In this document: positions 46,185 through 55,729 of the stretch, one piece after another
How positions within the stretch are numbered: position 1 is the first letter of the stretch
Layout of the letters: every line of letters starts with the position of its first letter
Assembly: GCA_050330635.1 (NCBI GenBank)
Contig: JBHJNQ010000017.1
Coordinates: 68,840-132,839, forward strand
Direction: 5' to 3'
Length of the DNA stretch: 64,000 nt
Source of the DNA: Acidimicrobiales bacterium
GTDB taxonomy: Bacteria; Actinomycetota; Acidimicrobiia; Acidimicrobiales; SZUA-35
Position numbers and translations under genes: made by a program
Notes under the pieces: generated by a model
The model's input: only the letters and a program-made list of their open reading frames with translations
The model's database searches: none
What the model was told of the DNA's origin: nothing

Positions 46185-47990
46185 TCAGCTGAGCAGGACC
46201 GTCGGGATGTCGACGTGTCGGGCCCGGAGCCACTCCCCGAGGCTCTTGGCCTGGCCGTCCTGTCGGGTCGAGGCCGCCACGCCCTCCTCGAGGAGCCCGT
46301 GGACGAGGAAGTTCACGGAGCGCAGGGCCGGGAGCGGGTGACGGTCGATCCGCAGCCCGGCCGTCTCCGGGAGCAGTTGGCGGAGACGGTCGACGGTGAG
46401 GAAGTCGACGAGCCACGCCCACGCCTCGTCGCTGCGGGCGAAGACGCCGAGGTTGGCGTTGCCGCCCTTGTCGCCGGAGCGGGTGCCGACCACTCGGCCG
46501 AACGGGGCCCCGGCGGTCGGGCCGCCGGGGGCGGCAGCGTCCGGACCAGGCAGGGGATCGACGACGACGGGCTCGTCGGGCCGGGGCGCCACGGAGGACA
46601 CGACGGTGGTGTCGCCGCCCCGTACGTCGACCACGGCCGGGACCAGATCGGCGTCGACCAGCGCCGGGGTGTAGACCCCGTAGGCTGAGCCGGGGGCGGG
46701 TCCGCCGCCGATCCCGAACAGGCCGGGAATCGAGGCCAGTCCCGTCTCGGTCAGGGCGTTGGAGAACGCCCGGCCGACCTTGCGTTCGTCGGGATCCTTG
46801 ACGGTGAGGCGCCACAGGGCGACGGCCGCCTCGTTCGAGGTCGGGTCCTCGTGATCGGTGCGGACCACCCGGGTCGTCACCGAGGCGAAGTCGTCCGGCT
46901 GGTACGGACAGGCGGCCCAGAAGGCCGATGACACCAGCTCGGCCTTGGCCTCGATGTCGAGACCGGTGAGGGCGATCGTCAGATCGTTGCGGTAGCCGCC
47001 GATTTCGTTCATCGCCACCTTCAGGGTCGGGGGCGGTGGCTCACCCTTGACGGGGTGGATCCGGACCCGGTCGGCGCCCTCCTGGGTGAGCCGGATCGTG
47101 TCGAAGCGGGCGGTGACGTCGGGCCCGAGATAGGCCGGGCCGCCGATCTCGTAGAGGAGCTGGGAGGTGACGGTTCCGATCGAGACCTCGCCCCCCGTCC
47201 CGTCGTGCTTGCCGATCACACTGGCGCCGTCGGCCGCCACCTCGGCCCAGGGAAAGCCGACCCGGCTCATCCCCGCCACCTCGGTGAAGAACGAGTAGTT
47301 GCCGCCGGTGGCCTGGGCCCCGCACTCGATGACGTGGCCCGCCACCACCGCCCCGGCCAGGGCATCCCAGTCGTCACGGGCCCACCCATGGTGCCACGCC
47401 GCGGGGCCGCACACGACGGCGGCGTCGGTGACCCGGCCGGTGATCACGATGTCGGCCCCCCGTTGGAGGGCGTCGACGATGCCCCAGCACCCGAGGTAGG
47501 CGTTGGCGGTGATGAACCGCTCGGTGTCGGTGATCGGCTCGCCCCCCTCGAAGTGGGTGAGGCGGATGTCGGCCTCACCCAGCTCGCCGAGACGGGGAAG
47601 CAGGTCGTCGCCGGTCACGGCGGCGATCGTCGGCGACAGCCCCAGCCGGTCGGCCACCTCGGCCACGGCGTCGGCGCAGCCTCCCGGGTCGAGCCCGCCG
47701 GCGTTGGCCACCACCTTGATGCCCCGGTCGAGGCAGGTCCCCATCACCTGCTCCATCTGGGTCACGAACGTGCGGGCGTAGCCCCCGCCGGGTCGTCTGG
47801 CCTGGGTGCGGGCCAGGATCAACATGGTCAGCTCGGCCAGCCAGTCGCCGGTGAGGGCGTCGATTGGCCCGCCCTCCACCATCTCCACCGCCGCCGACAC
47901 CCGATCGCCGTAGAAGCCGGAGCAGTTGGCGATCCGGATCGGTGGGTGGGCGGGGGTCGTGGTCCCGGCGGGATCGGCTGCGCTCGACAT
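46185..47990 (-). CDS. acyclic terpene utilisation AtuA family protein (DUF1446 plus C-terminal extension)
   Basis: Contains IRIANCSGFYGDR, IDALTGDWLAELTM and the C-terminal TRSGDKGGNANLGVFA, all typical of AtuA-like proteins. Confidence 0.8.
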   Translation of the reverse strand: MSSAADPAGTTTPAHPPIRIANCSGFYGDRVSAAVEMVEGGPIDALTGDWLAELTMLILARTQARRPGGGYARTFVTQMEQVMGTCLDRGIKVVANAGGLDPGGCADAVAEVADRLGLSPTIAAVTGDDLLPRLGELGEADIRLTHFEGGEPITDTERFITANAYLGCWGIVDALQRGADIVITGRVTDAAVVCGPAAWHHGWARDDWDALAGAVVAGHVIECGAQATGGNYSFFTEVAGMSRVGFPWAEVAADGASVIGKHDGTGGEVSIGTVTSQLLYEIGGPAYLGPDVTARFDTIRLTQEGADRVRIHPVKGEPPPPTLKVAMNEIGGYRNDLTIALTGLDIEAKAELVSSAFWAACPYQPDDFASVTTRVVRTDHEDPTSNEAAVALWRLTVKDPDERKVGRAFSNALTETGLASIPGLFGIGGGPAPGSAYGVYTPALVDADLVPAVVDVRGGDTTVVSSVAPRPDEPVVVDPLPGPDAAAPGGPTAGAPFGRVVGTRSGDKGGNANLGVFARSDEAWAWLVDFLTVDRLRQLLPETAGLRIDRHPLPALRSVNFLVHGLLEEGVAASTRQDGQAKSLGEWLRARHVDIPTVLLS

Positions 47991-48059
47991 GGCCGCGAAC
48001 GTAGCCGCCGTCGACGCCTACTTCGACTTGGGCCCGCCGGTGGTCTATACCGAACGACC

Positions 48060-49685
48060 GTGGCAGTCCTTCATTCGACGATCGACATCGGGAGCGACGA
48101 CTTCCGCCGCAACCGCGACGACATGCTGGAGCAGCTCGAGGTCATCGCCAAGCTCCAGGAGGAGGCGGCGGCCGGCGGCGGGCCCCGGGCCATGGAGCGC
48201 CTGCGGACCAGGGGCAAGCTCCCGGTCCGGGAGCGGATCGCCGCCCTCGTCGACCCCGACTCCCCGTTCTACGAGATCTCCTCCCTCGGTGCCTACTGCT
48301 CCGACTACACGGTGGGGGCGGGCCTGGTCATGGGCATCGGCGTGGTATCGGGGGTCGAGTGCATGATCGAGGGCAACGACCCCACCGTGCTCGGGGGGGC
48401 CATCACGGCGTTCGCCGGTAAGAAGATCATGCGGGCCATCGAGATCTGCCGCGACAACCGCCTCCCCTACATCCAGTTCGTCGAGTCGGCCGGCGGGGAC
48501 CTCCGGGGCAACGACGACCCGGAGCGGGTCATGCGGGAGCAGCAGACACACTTCGCCGAGTCCGGCCGCCTCTTCTACGACGTCACGGAGCTGTCGAAGC
48601 TCCGGATCCCGTCGATCGCCGTGGTGTTCGGGTCCTCGACCGCCGGGGGCGCCTACCAGCCCGGGATGAGCGACTACAACATCTTCATCCGGGAGCGTTC
48701 CAAGGTCTTCCTCGGCGGCCCGCCCCTCGTGCAGATGGCCACCGGCGAGATCTCCGACGACGAGACCCTGGGCGGGGCCCAGATGCACGCCGAGGTGTCC
48801 GGACTGGCCGACTACCTGGCCGACGACGAGCTCGACGCCCTTCGCATCTGTCGGGAGGTCGTGGCCCACCTCAACCACCAGAAGCGGGGCTACGGGCCGA
48901 CCCGGCCGTCGGTCGCCCCCCGGCTCGACCCGGAGGAGCTGCTGGGGCTGATGGCCCGCGATCTGTACGCCATGATCGATGTGCGCGAGATCATCGGACG
49001 CATCGTCGACGACTCCGAGTTCGAGGAGTTCAAGGCCCGCTACGGGCCGACGCTGATCTGTGGGTGGGCCTGGATCCACGGCTACCCGGTCGGCATCCTC
49101 GGCAACAACGGGCCATTGTTCTCCGAGAGCTCGGAGAAGGCGGCCCAGTTCATCCAGCTCTGCAACCAGCGCCACATTCCCCTCGTGTTCCTCCAGAACA
49201 TCACCGGCTACATGGTGGGACGCGACTTCGAGCGGGGCGGGATCGTGAAGAACGGCTCGAAGATGATCAACGCCGTCTCCAACTCGACGGTGCCCCACAT
49301 CACGGTCATCCTCGGCTCCAGCTACGGGGCCGGGAACTACGGCATGTCGGGCCGGGCGTTCAATACCCGCTTCACCTATCTGTGGCCGACGGCCAAGATC
49401 GCCATCATGGGTCCCAAGCAGATCGCCGGGGTGATGTCGCTGGTGCGGCGGGCCCAGGCGGCCCGCCAGGGGGTCGAGTTCGACGAGGAGGCCGATCGGG
49501 CCATCACCGAGACGGTCGAGTACTACCACGAGCTGACCTCGCTGGCCCTGCATGCCACCGGCCGCATCAGCGACGACGGCATCATCGATCCCCGCGACAC
49601 CCGCGACGTGATCGGGATGTCGCTGTCGGTCTGCCACAACAACGTCGTCGAGGGAGCTGAGGGTTTCGGTGTCTTCCGCATGTAG
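48060..49685 (+). CDS. acyl-CoA carboxylase carboxyltransferase (beta) subunit, methylcrotonyl/geranyl-CoA carboxylase-like
   Basis: Contains GKLPVRERIAALVDPDSPF, GGAYQPGMSD and LWPTAKIAIMGP. The proposed GTG start at 48060 is in frame with the track ORF. Confidence 0.85.
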   Translation: MAVLHSTIDIGSDDFRRNRDDMLEQLEVIAKLQEEAAAGGGPRAMERLRTRGKLPVRERIAALVDPDSPFYEISSLGAYCSDYTVGAGLVMGIGVVSGVECMIEGNDPTVLGGAITAFAGKKIMRAIEICRDNRLPYIQFVESAGGDLRGNDDPERVMREQQTHFAESGRLFYDVTELSKLRIPSIAVVFGSSTAGGAYQPGMSDYNIFIRERSKVFLGGPPLVQMATGEISDDETLGGAQMHAEVSGLADYLADDELDALRICREVVAHLNHQKRGYGPTRPSVAPRLDPEELLGLMARDLYAMIDVREIIGRIVDDSEFEEFKARYGPTLICGWAWIHGYPVGILGNNGPLFSESSEKAAQFIQLCNQRHIPLVFLQNITGYMVGRDFERGGIVKNGSKMINAVSNSTVPHITVILGSSYGAGNYGMSGRAFNTRFTYLWPTAKIAIMGPKQIAGVMSLVRRAQAARQGVEFDEEADRAITETVEYYHELTSLALHATGRISDDGIIDPRDTRDVIGMSLSVCHNNVVEGAEGFGVFRM

Positions 49686-51690
49686 TCGTCTCCTCGTGGC
49701 CAACCGGGGCGAGATCGCCCGGCGGGTCTTCGCCACGGCCCGGGCCATGGGCATCGAGACCGTCGCCGTGTACGCCGACCCCGATGCCGGTGCGCCCTTC
49801 GTGGCCGAAGCCGACCAGGCGGTGGCCCTCGGCGGCTCGACGGCCGCCGACACCTACCTCGACCAGGCCAAGCTGCTCGCCGCCGCCGCCCGCAGCGGCG
49901 CCGACGCCGTCCACCCGGGCTACGGGTTCCTGTCGGAGAACGCTGGCTTCGCCACCGCCGTGATCGGGGCCGGCCTGACGTGGGTCGGGCCTCCACCCAC
50001 CGCCATCGCCGCCATGGGCGACAAGCTGGCGGCCAAGCGTCTGATGATCGAAGCCGGCGTCCCCACCCTCCCGTCGGTGGAGATCACCGACGGGATGATC
50101 GGCACCAACGCCCTGGCGGCAGTGGCCGAGGAGATCGGCTACCCGGTGCTGGTGAAGGCTGCGGCGGGCGGGGGAGGCAAGGGGATGCGGGTGGTGGACG
50201 CCCCCGCCGACCTGGCCGAGGCGGTGGCGGGGGCCCAGCGGGAGGCCGTGTCGGCGTTCGGCGACGGCACCGTGTTCCTCGAGAAGTACCTGCCGGCCCC
50301 CCGCCACGTCGAGATCCAGGTCCTGGGCGACACCCACGGCAACCTGGTCCACTGCTACGAGCGGGAGTGCTCGATCCAGCGGCGCCACCAGAAGATCATC
50401 GAGGAGGCGCCGAGCCCGGCGGTCGACGACGACCTCAGGGCCGCCATGGGCGCGGCCGCCCTCGACGCCGTCAGGGTCATCGGCTACCACTCGGTTGGCA
50501 CGGTCGAGTTCCTCCTCGATACCGACGCCACCGGCCGAGCGGCCTTCTACTTCCTCGAGGTCAACACCCGGCTCCAGGTCGAGCACCCCGTGACCGAGGA
50601 GATCACCGGTCTCGACCTGGTGCGCCAGCAACTCCTGGTGGCCCAGGGCCTGCCCCTGGCCTTCGGCCAGGACGAGCTCCGCATCGACGGTCACGCCATC
50701 GAGGCCCGGGTCTACGCCGAGGACCCGGCCGCCGGGTTCCTGCCCGCCACCGGCACCGTGGCCGCCTTCGGGCTCCCGGCGGCCCCGGCCGCCCGTTTCG
50801 ACTCCGGGGTGGAGGCCGGCTCGGTCGTCGGCGTCGACTTCGATCCACTCCTGGCCAAGGTGATCGTCCACGCTCCGACGAGGACCGAGGCCGCGCTCCG
50901 GCTGGCCCTGGTGTTGGAGCGGATGGTGATCTCCGGCGTCACCACCAACCGGGACTTCCTCGTCGCCACCCTCCGCCACCGGGCCTTCCTCGACGGCGAC
51001 ACCACGACCGACTTCATCGACCGGGTCGCCCCCGACCGTACGTGCCGTCCCGAGGGAGTCGACCGGGCCCGGCTCCTCACCGCGCTCGTGTTGTTCCGCC
51101 AGGCCCGCAACCGGCGGGCCGCCGGGCCGCTGGCCTTCCTCCCGTCCGGCTACCGCAACTCGGCCATGCCGCCGGAGCGGGTGATCCTCGACCTCGACGG
51201 CGACGAGGTGACCGTCGGCTACCGGCGCAACCGCGACGGCACGTTCGACGTGGAGCCCGGCGAGGGTGAGCCCCCGCTGCGGGCCACGCTCGAGGCCTGC
51301 GGGCCGGACGGCCTCGACGCCGTGATCGACGGGGTCCGGGCCCACTACACCGTCGTCGCCACCGGCGCGGTCTGGCATGTGCAGGGCCCCCACGGGCGGG
51401 TCGAGGTCGTCGAGCGGTCCCGCTTCCCCGACGCCGGCCCTTCGTCGGTGGCCGGCGGTCAGCTCGCTCCCATGCCGGGCACCGTCCGGGTCGTGTCGGT
51501 GGCCGAGGGCGATCAGGTCAGCGCCGGCCAGGCCCTCCTCGTGATGGAGGCGATGAAGATGGAGCACACGGTCGTCGCTCCCGAACCGTCGCTCGTCAGC
51601 GAGGTCCGTTGCGCCGTCGGCGACCAGGTCGACAACGGCCAGGTCCTCGTCGTCCTCGCCCCCCTGAGCCCGCCCGCCGATCCGGCGTGA
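49669..51690 (+). CDS. biotin carboxylase + BCCP (alpha) subunit of an acyl-CoA carboxylase
   Basis: Contains LLVANRGEIA, an ATP-grasp region, EVNTRLQVEHPVTE and the biotinylation motif VMEAMKMEH. The GTG start overlaps the beta-subunit gene by 17 nt. Confidence 0.9.
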   Translation: MSSACSRLLVANRGEIARRVFATARAMGIETVAVYADPDAGAPFVAEADQAVALGGSTAADTYLDQAKLLAAAARSGADAVHPGYGFLSENAGFATAVIGAGLTWVGPPPTAIAAMGDKLAAKRLMIEAGVPTLPSVEITDGMIGTNALAAVAEEIGYPVLVKAAAGGGGKGMRVVDAPADLAEAVAGAQREAVSAFGDGTVFLEKYLPAPRHVEIQVLGDTHGNLVHCYERECSIQRRHQKIIEEAPSPAVDDDLRAAMGAAALDAVRVIGYHSVGTVEFLLDTDATGRAAFYFLEVNTRLQVEHPVTEEITGLDLVRQQLLVAQGLPLAFGQDELRIDGHAIEARVYAEDPAAGFLPATGTVAAFGLPAAPAARFDSGVEAGSVVGVDFDPLLAKVIVHAPTRTEAALRLALVLERMVISGVTTNRDFLVATLRHRAFLDGDTTTDFIDRVAPDRTCRPEGVDRARLLTALVLFRQARNRRAAGPLAFLPSGYRNSAMPPERVILDLDGDEVTVGYRRNRDGTFDVEPGEGEPPLRATLEACGPDGLDAVIDGVRAHYTVVATGAVWHVQGPHGRVEVVERSRFPDAGPSSVAGGQLAPMPGTVRVVSVAEGDQVSAGQALLVMEAMKMEHTVVAPEPSLVSEVRCAVGDQVDNGQVLVVLAPLSPPADPA

Positions 51691-51720
51691 TTGCGTGACG
51701 GGCGTGGCGGGGGTGGCAGC

Positions 51721-52452
51721 TCAGGGCCGGCGGCCCAAGGCCCTGACCGCCTCCTTGTGCTCGTCGGAGCGGAGCGACGCCCGATGGCCCTCCTCGACCT
51801 GTTCGAGCGTCATCGTCCCTGCGGCGAGGCCGTCGACGGCGGCCTTCGTCGCCGCCACAGCCCCCGGAGCGAGGGCGCAGATCGCATCGGCGATGGCGTC
51901 GATGCGGTCGTCAAGAGCGTCGGCGGGAACGACCTCGTCGAGGTAGCCGATGCGGCGCAGCTCGTCGGCGTCGAACGGCAGCCCGGTGCAGAAGATGCGC
52001 TTCGTGGCCGTCGGACCGATCCGGTCGACGAAACGACGCAGGCCGGTGGCGTAGTACTGGATGCCCAGTCGGGCGGCCGGCATCTGGAGGTGGATCCCTT
52101 GCGCTCCGATCCGGAAGTCGCACGAGATGGCGAGATCGGTGCCGCCCCCGTGGACGTTGCCGCCGATCCTGCCGATCACCGGCACCCTGACGGCGGCCAA
52201 CCGGTCGCACAGGTCGCCGAACCCGACCTGCGCCCGCTCCCCGGCGGCGAGCGCCCCCAGGTGGTAGCCGGAGCAGAACGACGGGCCTTCCGAGCCCAGC
52301 ACCACGACCCTGACCCCGGCGTCGGCGTCGATCTCGTCGCACAACTCGACGAGGCGGACGAGATCGTCGGGCTCGATCCGGTTGCGCTTGTCCGGTCGGT
52401 GGAGGCGGATCGTGGCCCGGGGACCGGTGCGTTCGAGGGTCGGTTCGCTCAT
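51721..52452 (-). CDS. enoyl-CoA hydratase/isomerase (crotonase) family protein
   Basis: Contains LHRPDKRNRI, VVVLGSEGPSFCSGYHLG and GNVHGGGTDLAISCDFRI. ATG at 52452. Confidence 0.8.
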   Translation of the reverse strand: MSEPTLERTGPRATIRLHRPDKRNRIEPDDLVRLVELCDEIDADAGVRVVVLGSEGPSFCSGYHLGALAAGERAQVGFGDLCDRLAAVRVPVIGRIGGNVHGGGTDLAISCDFRIGAQGIHLQMPAARLGIQYYATGLRRFVDRIGPTATKRIFCTGLPFDADELRRIGYLDEVVPADALDDRIDAIADAICALAPGAVAATKAAVDGLAAGTMTLEQVEEGHRASLRSDEHKEAVRALGRRP

Positions 52453-52607
52453 CGGTGCCGAAGTTAGCCGCTGAGCCCCCGGGGTCCCCAACGGCCGGGT
52501 CTGACCGGCGACCGGTTCTCGCGTATCACCGGCGATCCCCGATCGTCATCAGATCGACAGAGCGAGGTGATCGGTGGCGGCACCGGCCTTGAACCCGGAG
52601 CAACCCG

Positions 52608-53000
52608 ATGACGACGACGATCCGACGAACCCATGACCTACACCAGCGACCGAGCGGGGCGGCCCACAGCGGGGCCGTCGTGAACGAGCGGCCCCTGGCT
52701 GGCGCCGTCCTGGCCGGTGGGATCGTCCTCGCCCTGTCGTTGCTCCTGCTCGACGACGTCGGGCTCGGTCGGCTACATGCCCCGCTCACGGTGAGCGCCC
52801 TCTGTTTCGGGGCCACGACCTGGGCCCGGCCCCTCACCCGGACGGCGTTGGTCTTCGGTGGGGGCCTCGTGGTGGCGGCCGCCGTCGCCGCCGCCGCCGG
52901 GCTCGCCGACGTCGCCGTCCCGGGCTGGATGGTGGCAGCGGCGGCCGCCGTCATCACCGGGGTGGCGGGCGCGGCCCGTCTCGCCCGGAGTCGGAGCTGA
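52608..53000 (+). CDS. hypothetical small membrane protein
   Basis: 130 aa with 3-4 hydrophobic segments and high GC3. No recognisable motif, and the start is uncertain. Confidence 0.4.
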   Translation: MTTTIRRTHDLHQRPSGAAHSGAVVNERPLAGAVLAGGIVLALSLLLLDDVGLGRLHAPLTVSALCFGATTWARPLTRTALVFGGGLVVAAAVAAAAGLADVAVPGWMVAAAAAVITGVAGAARLARSRS

Positions 53001-53117
53001 CGGCTCGGATCGTGCGGGGACCGGGAGCCACCCCGGGCCGGGGCGGCCTCGCATCTGCTGCCCGGCCCCGCGTGGGGCCGAGCCGTCCCGGAGCCTCGTC
53101 CCGGCGGTCTCAGCCAC

Positions 53118-54056
53118 TCAGGTCTCGTCGCCGGCCTGGGCCCCGGCGAGATCGGTTGCGGCACTTCCAACCGGGCCGTCATCGTCGCCCGTCGGCCCCT
53201 CACCGGCCGGTTGCTCGGCCGCCCGATCGTCCTCGCTGGCCGGGGGCCACGCCGCCTCCTCGGGGGTTCGGGCCCGCCCCCCTCGCACGAGGTACACGAC
53301 GGCGGCGGCGATGAACACGATCATGGCCCAGATGTGGAGCCGGATCCCGAACAGGGAGTTGACGGGGTCGATCCGAACGGTCTCGATGATGATCCGGCCC
53401 ACGCCGTAGCCGATCAGGTAGGCGGCAAACAAGGCGCCCGGCTTCAGAACCCGCTTGCGGTCGAGCCAGACCAGCAGGGCGAGCAGGGCGATGTTCCACA
53501 GGATCTCGTAGGCGAACGTGGGGTGGAAGAGCTCGCTCGACTCGTAGCCCCGCAGCCGGTGGTCGGGATCGATCTCCAGCCCCCACGGCAGATCGGTCGG
53601 TCGACCGTAGAGCTCCTGGTTGAACCAGTTGCCGAACCGGCCGATGATCTGACCGAGGGGCAACCCGAGAGCGACGGCGGTGAACACTGGGGGCAACGGC
53701 ACCTGCTCCCGCCGTAGCCACCACACCCCCACGGCGGCGCCTAGCGCGACCCCGCCGGGGATGCCGAGGCCCCCCTCCCAGAGCCGGAAGGCGGCCCCCG
53801 GGTCGTCGGCGAACCGGCCCCAGTTGGTGAGCACGAAGTACAGCCGGGCCCCGACGATGGCGGCGGGGAGGACCCAGAGGGCCATGTTGGGGATGATCTC
53901 GGGATCGAGGCCGTCGCGGGCCAGGCGGCGGCTGGTCAGCCACACCCCGGCCAGGACGCCGAGGGCGATCAGGAACCCGTAGGCTCGCAGGTCTATCGGT
54001 CCCAGCGAGATCCCGTTGCCGGGAGGGCTCGGAATCGATGCGACGAACGAAACCAT
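53118..54056 (-). CDS. lgt: prolipoprotein diacylglyceryl transferase
   Basis: Lgt signature GRFGNWFNQELYG plus LWEGGLGIPGG and a polytopic profile. The internal ATG at 54056 is in frame. Acidic, low-complexity C-terminal tail. Confidence 0.9.
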   Translation of the reverse strand: MVSFVASIPSPPGNGISLGPIDLRAYGFLIALGVLAGVWLTSRRLARDGLDPEIIPNMALWVLPAAIVGARLYFVLTNWGRFADDPGAAFRLWEGGLGIPGGVALGAAVGVWWLRREQVPLPPVFTAVALGLPLGQIIGRFGNWFNQELYGRPTDLPWGLEIDPDHRLRGYESSELFHPTFAYEILWNIALLALLVWLDRKRVLKPGALFAAYLIGYGVGRIIIETVRIDPVNSLFGIRLHIWAMIVFIAAAVVYLVRGGRARTPEEAAWPPASEDDRAAEQPAGEGPTGDDDGPVGSAATDLAGAQAGDET

Positions 54057-54125
54057 GGTGGGGGCTCCTCGATTGACGGTCGACGGTAGCCCGGAGCCTG
54101 ACCGAGCTACAGTGGTAAAGCGCGT

Positions 54126-55340
54126 ATGGGAAAGAACATTCCCCCGGGGTATCCCCCCGCTCATATGCGGGCGTTGGCCCGACTGAGCCGCCCCCTGCGG
54201 GGAACGGCGCTTCGACGCTATCCCGAACCCGACGAGCTGGTGGCCCGGGTCGCATCCCGGACCGGGTTGTCCGACTTCGGCCCCGGCCCGGTGGAGGAAC
54301 CGCTGGAGGAGCTCCTCCGCCCCCTTCGCCACGATCCCAGCGTCACCACGATCGGGCTGACGGCGTGGCCCACGATGCTGGGCCGGCTCCTGGCCACCCG
54401 GCTCCAGATCGTCGACCACGTGAAACGTCACCCGGAGATCGCCGACGAGCGGCTGGTCCGGCCCATCATCATCACCGGCATGCCCCGCACGGGGACGACC
54501 CTGCTCTACAACCTGCTGGCCTCCATGCCGGGAGCCCGTCCGCTCCTCGGTTGGGAGAGCATGGATCCGCTCCCCCATCACCGCCAGGCCCTGCGCCGGG
54601 CCCGCTACCGGGCGTGGGTGGCGTTCGTCAACGCCACGATCCCCCAGCTCAAGACGATCCACGCCCTCCAACCCGATGGACCGGACGAGGGGTTGGAGAT
54701 GATGGACCGCACGCTCCACTCCTTCAACTTCATGTTGTACACCTACGGCTACACCGACTGGCTGCTGGAGCGGACCCAGCGGGAGATGGTCGAGGCGTGG
54801 ACCGTCTGGCGGTGGCAGCTCCAGATGCTGCAACGGCAGGGCCCCGGCGGCTACTGGATCCTGAAGGCTCCCACCTACATGGGCCTGTTCCCCACCGTCG
54901 ACGCCCTGCTGCCCAACGCCCGGTACGTGATGACGCACCGTGATCTCCACAACGCCATACCGTCCGCCATGTCGTTGGTGACGGTGGTTGGCGCCTCGAT
55001 GCGCCGACCGGGCGCTCAGGTGCCCCTGCCCCGGTTCGTCGACCGGATGGCCGATATGGCGAACCAGACCCGCAAGCAGATCGAGCAACGGCCGAACGTC
55101 CAGGTCCTCTATCCGGAGCTCGTGGCCGATCCCGCGGCGACGGTGCGCACGATCCTCGGTGAGTTCGGTGAGGAGATCCCCCACAACCTGAACCGCCGCG
55201 TGCAGGCCTACCTCGACGAGCATCCGCAGCACAAGCACGGCAGGCACGACTACCGTCTCGAGCGGTTCGGGCTCGTCCACGACGACCTCGAGCCGTACGC
55301 CGCCGACTACGCCCGCGATCTCGGCCTCGACCGCTTCTGA
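54126..55340 (+). CDS. sulfotransferase family protein
   Basis: 5'-PSB loop ITGMPRTGTTLLYNLL and KAPTYMG. 404 aa. Confidence 0.75.
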   Translation: MGKNIPPGYPPAHMRALARLSRPLRGTALRRYPEPDELVARVASRTGLSDFGPGPVEEPLEELLRPLRHDPSVTTIGLTAWPTMLGRLLATRLQIVDHVKRHPEIADERLVRPIIITGMPRTGTTLLYNLLASMPGARPLLGWESMDPLPHHRQALRRARYRAWVAFVNATIPQLKTIHALQPDGPDEGLEMMDRTLHSFNFMLYTYGYTDWLLERTQREMVEAWTVWRWQLQMLQRQGPGGYWILKAPTYMGLFPTVDALLPNARYVMTHRDLHNAIPSAMSLVTVVGASMRRPGAQVPLPRFVDRMADMANQTRKQIEQRPNVQVLYPELVADPAATVRTILGEFGEEIPHNLNRRVQAYLDEHPQHKHGRHDYRLERFGLVHDDLEPYAADYARDLGLDRF

Positions 55341-55557
55341 ACGGTCTCCGCCGGCTCCGACCGGGCGGCCGGGGTAGCGAAGTGACCGGGCGTGGGCCGT
55401 TCGGCCCCTCAAGTTCCATCGGTCGGGTGTCGATCAGGTGGTGCCGGCCACCAGGGCCGGTTGGCGACAAACCAGAAGGGACGAGGGCGTTGAACACCCT
55501 TGCATCTACCACCACGCGGGCGCTCGCCGTCCGCAAGTGGTGAGGAAGGACACCTCA

Positions 55558-55656
55558 ATGACACACATCACCAGGGCTCGGCTGCACGCCACCACGGCAG
55601 CCGTGACGATCGGCGGCCTCATCGTTGCGATGGGCGCCCCCGTGAAGTGGTTCTGA
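55558..55656 (+). CDS. candidate 32-aa hydrophobic small protein MTHITRARLHATTAAVTIGGLIVAMGAPVKWF
   Basis: ATG is preceded by GAGGAAGGA 8 nt upstream. About 87 percent G/C at third positions. One TM-like segment. Confidence 0.4.
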   Translation: MTHITRARLHATTAAVTIGGLIVAMGAPVKWF

Positions 55657-55676
55657 GAGACGGACCATCTGCTTGG

Positions 55677-55713
55677 CCGAGGGGCCGGAACGCTCGTCGT
55701 TCCGGCCCCTCGG
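55677..55713 (+). terminator. perfect 16-bp-stem hairpin (terminator or attenuator-like, no U-tract)
   Basis: CCGAGGGGCCGGAACG-ctcgt-CGTTCCGGCCCCTCGG lies 20 nt after the small-ORF stop and 16 nt before the GGDEF-EAL ATG. Confidence 0.45.
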
Positions 55714-55729
55714 TCGTCCAGGCCCCCCG

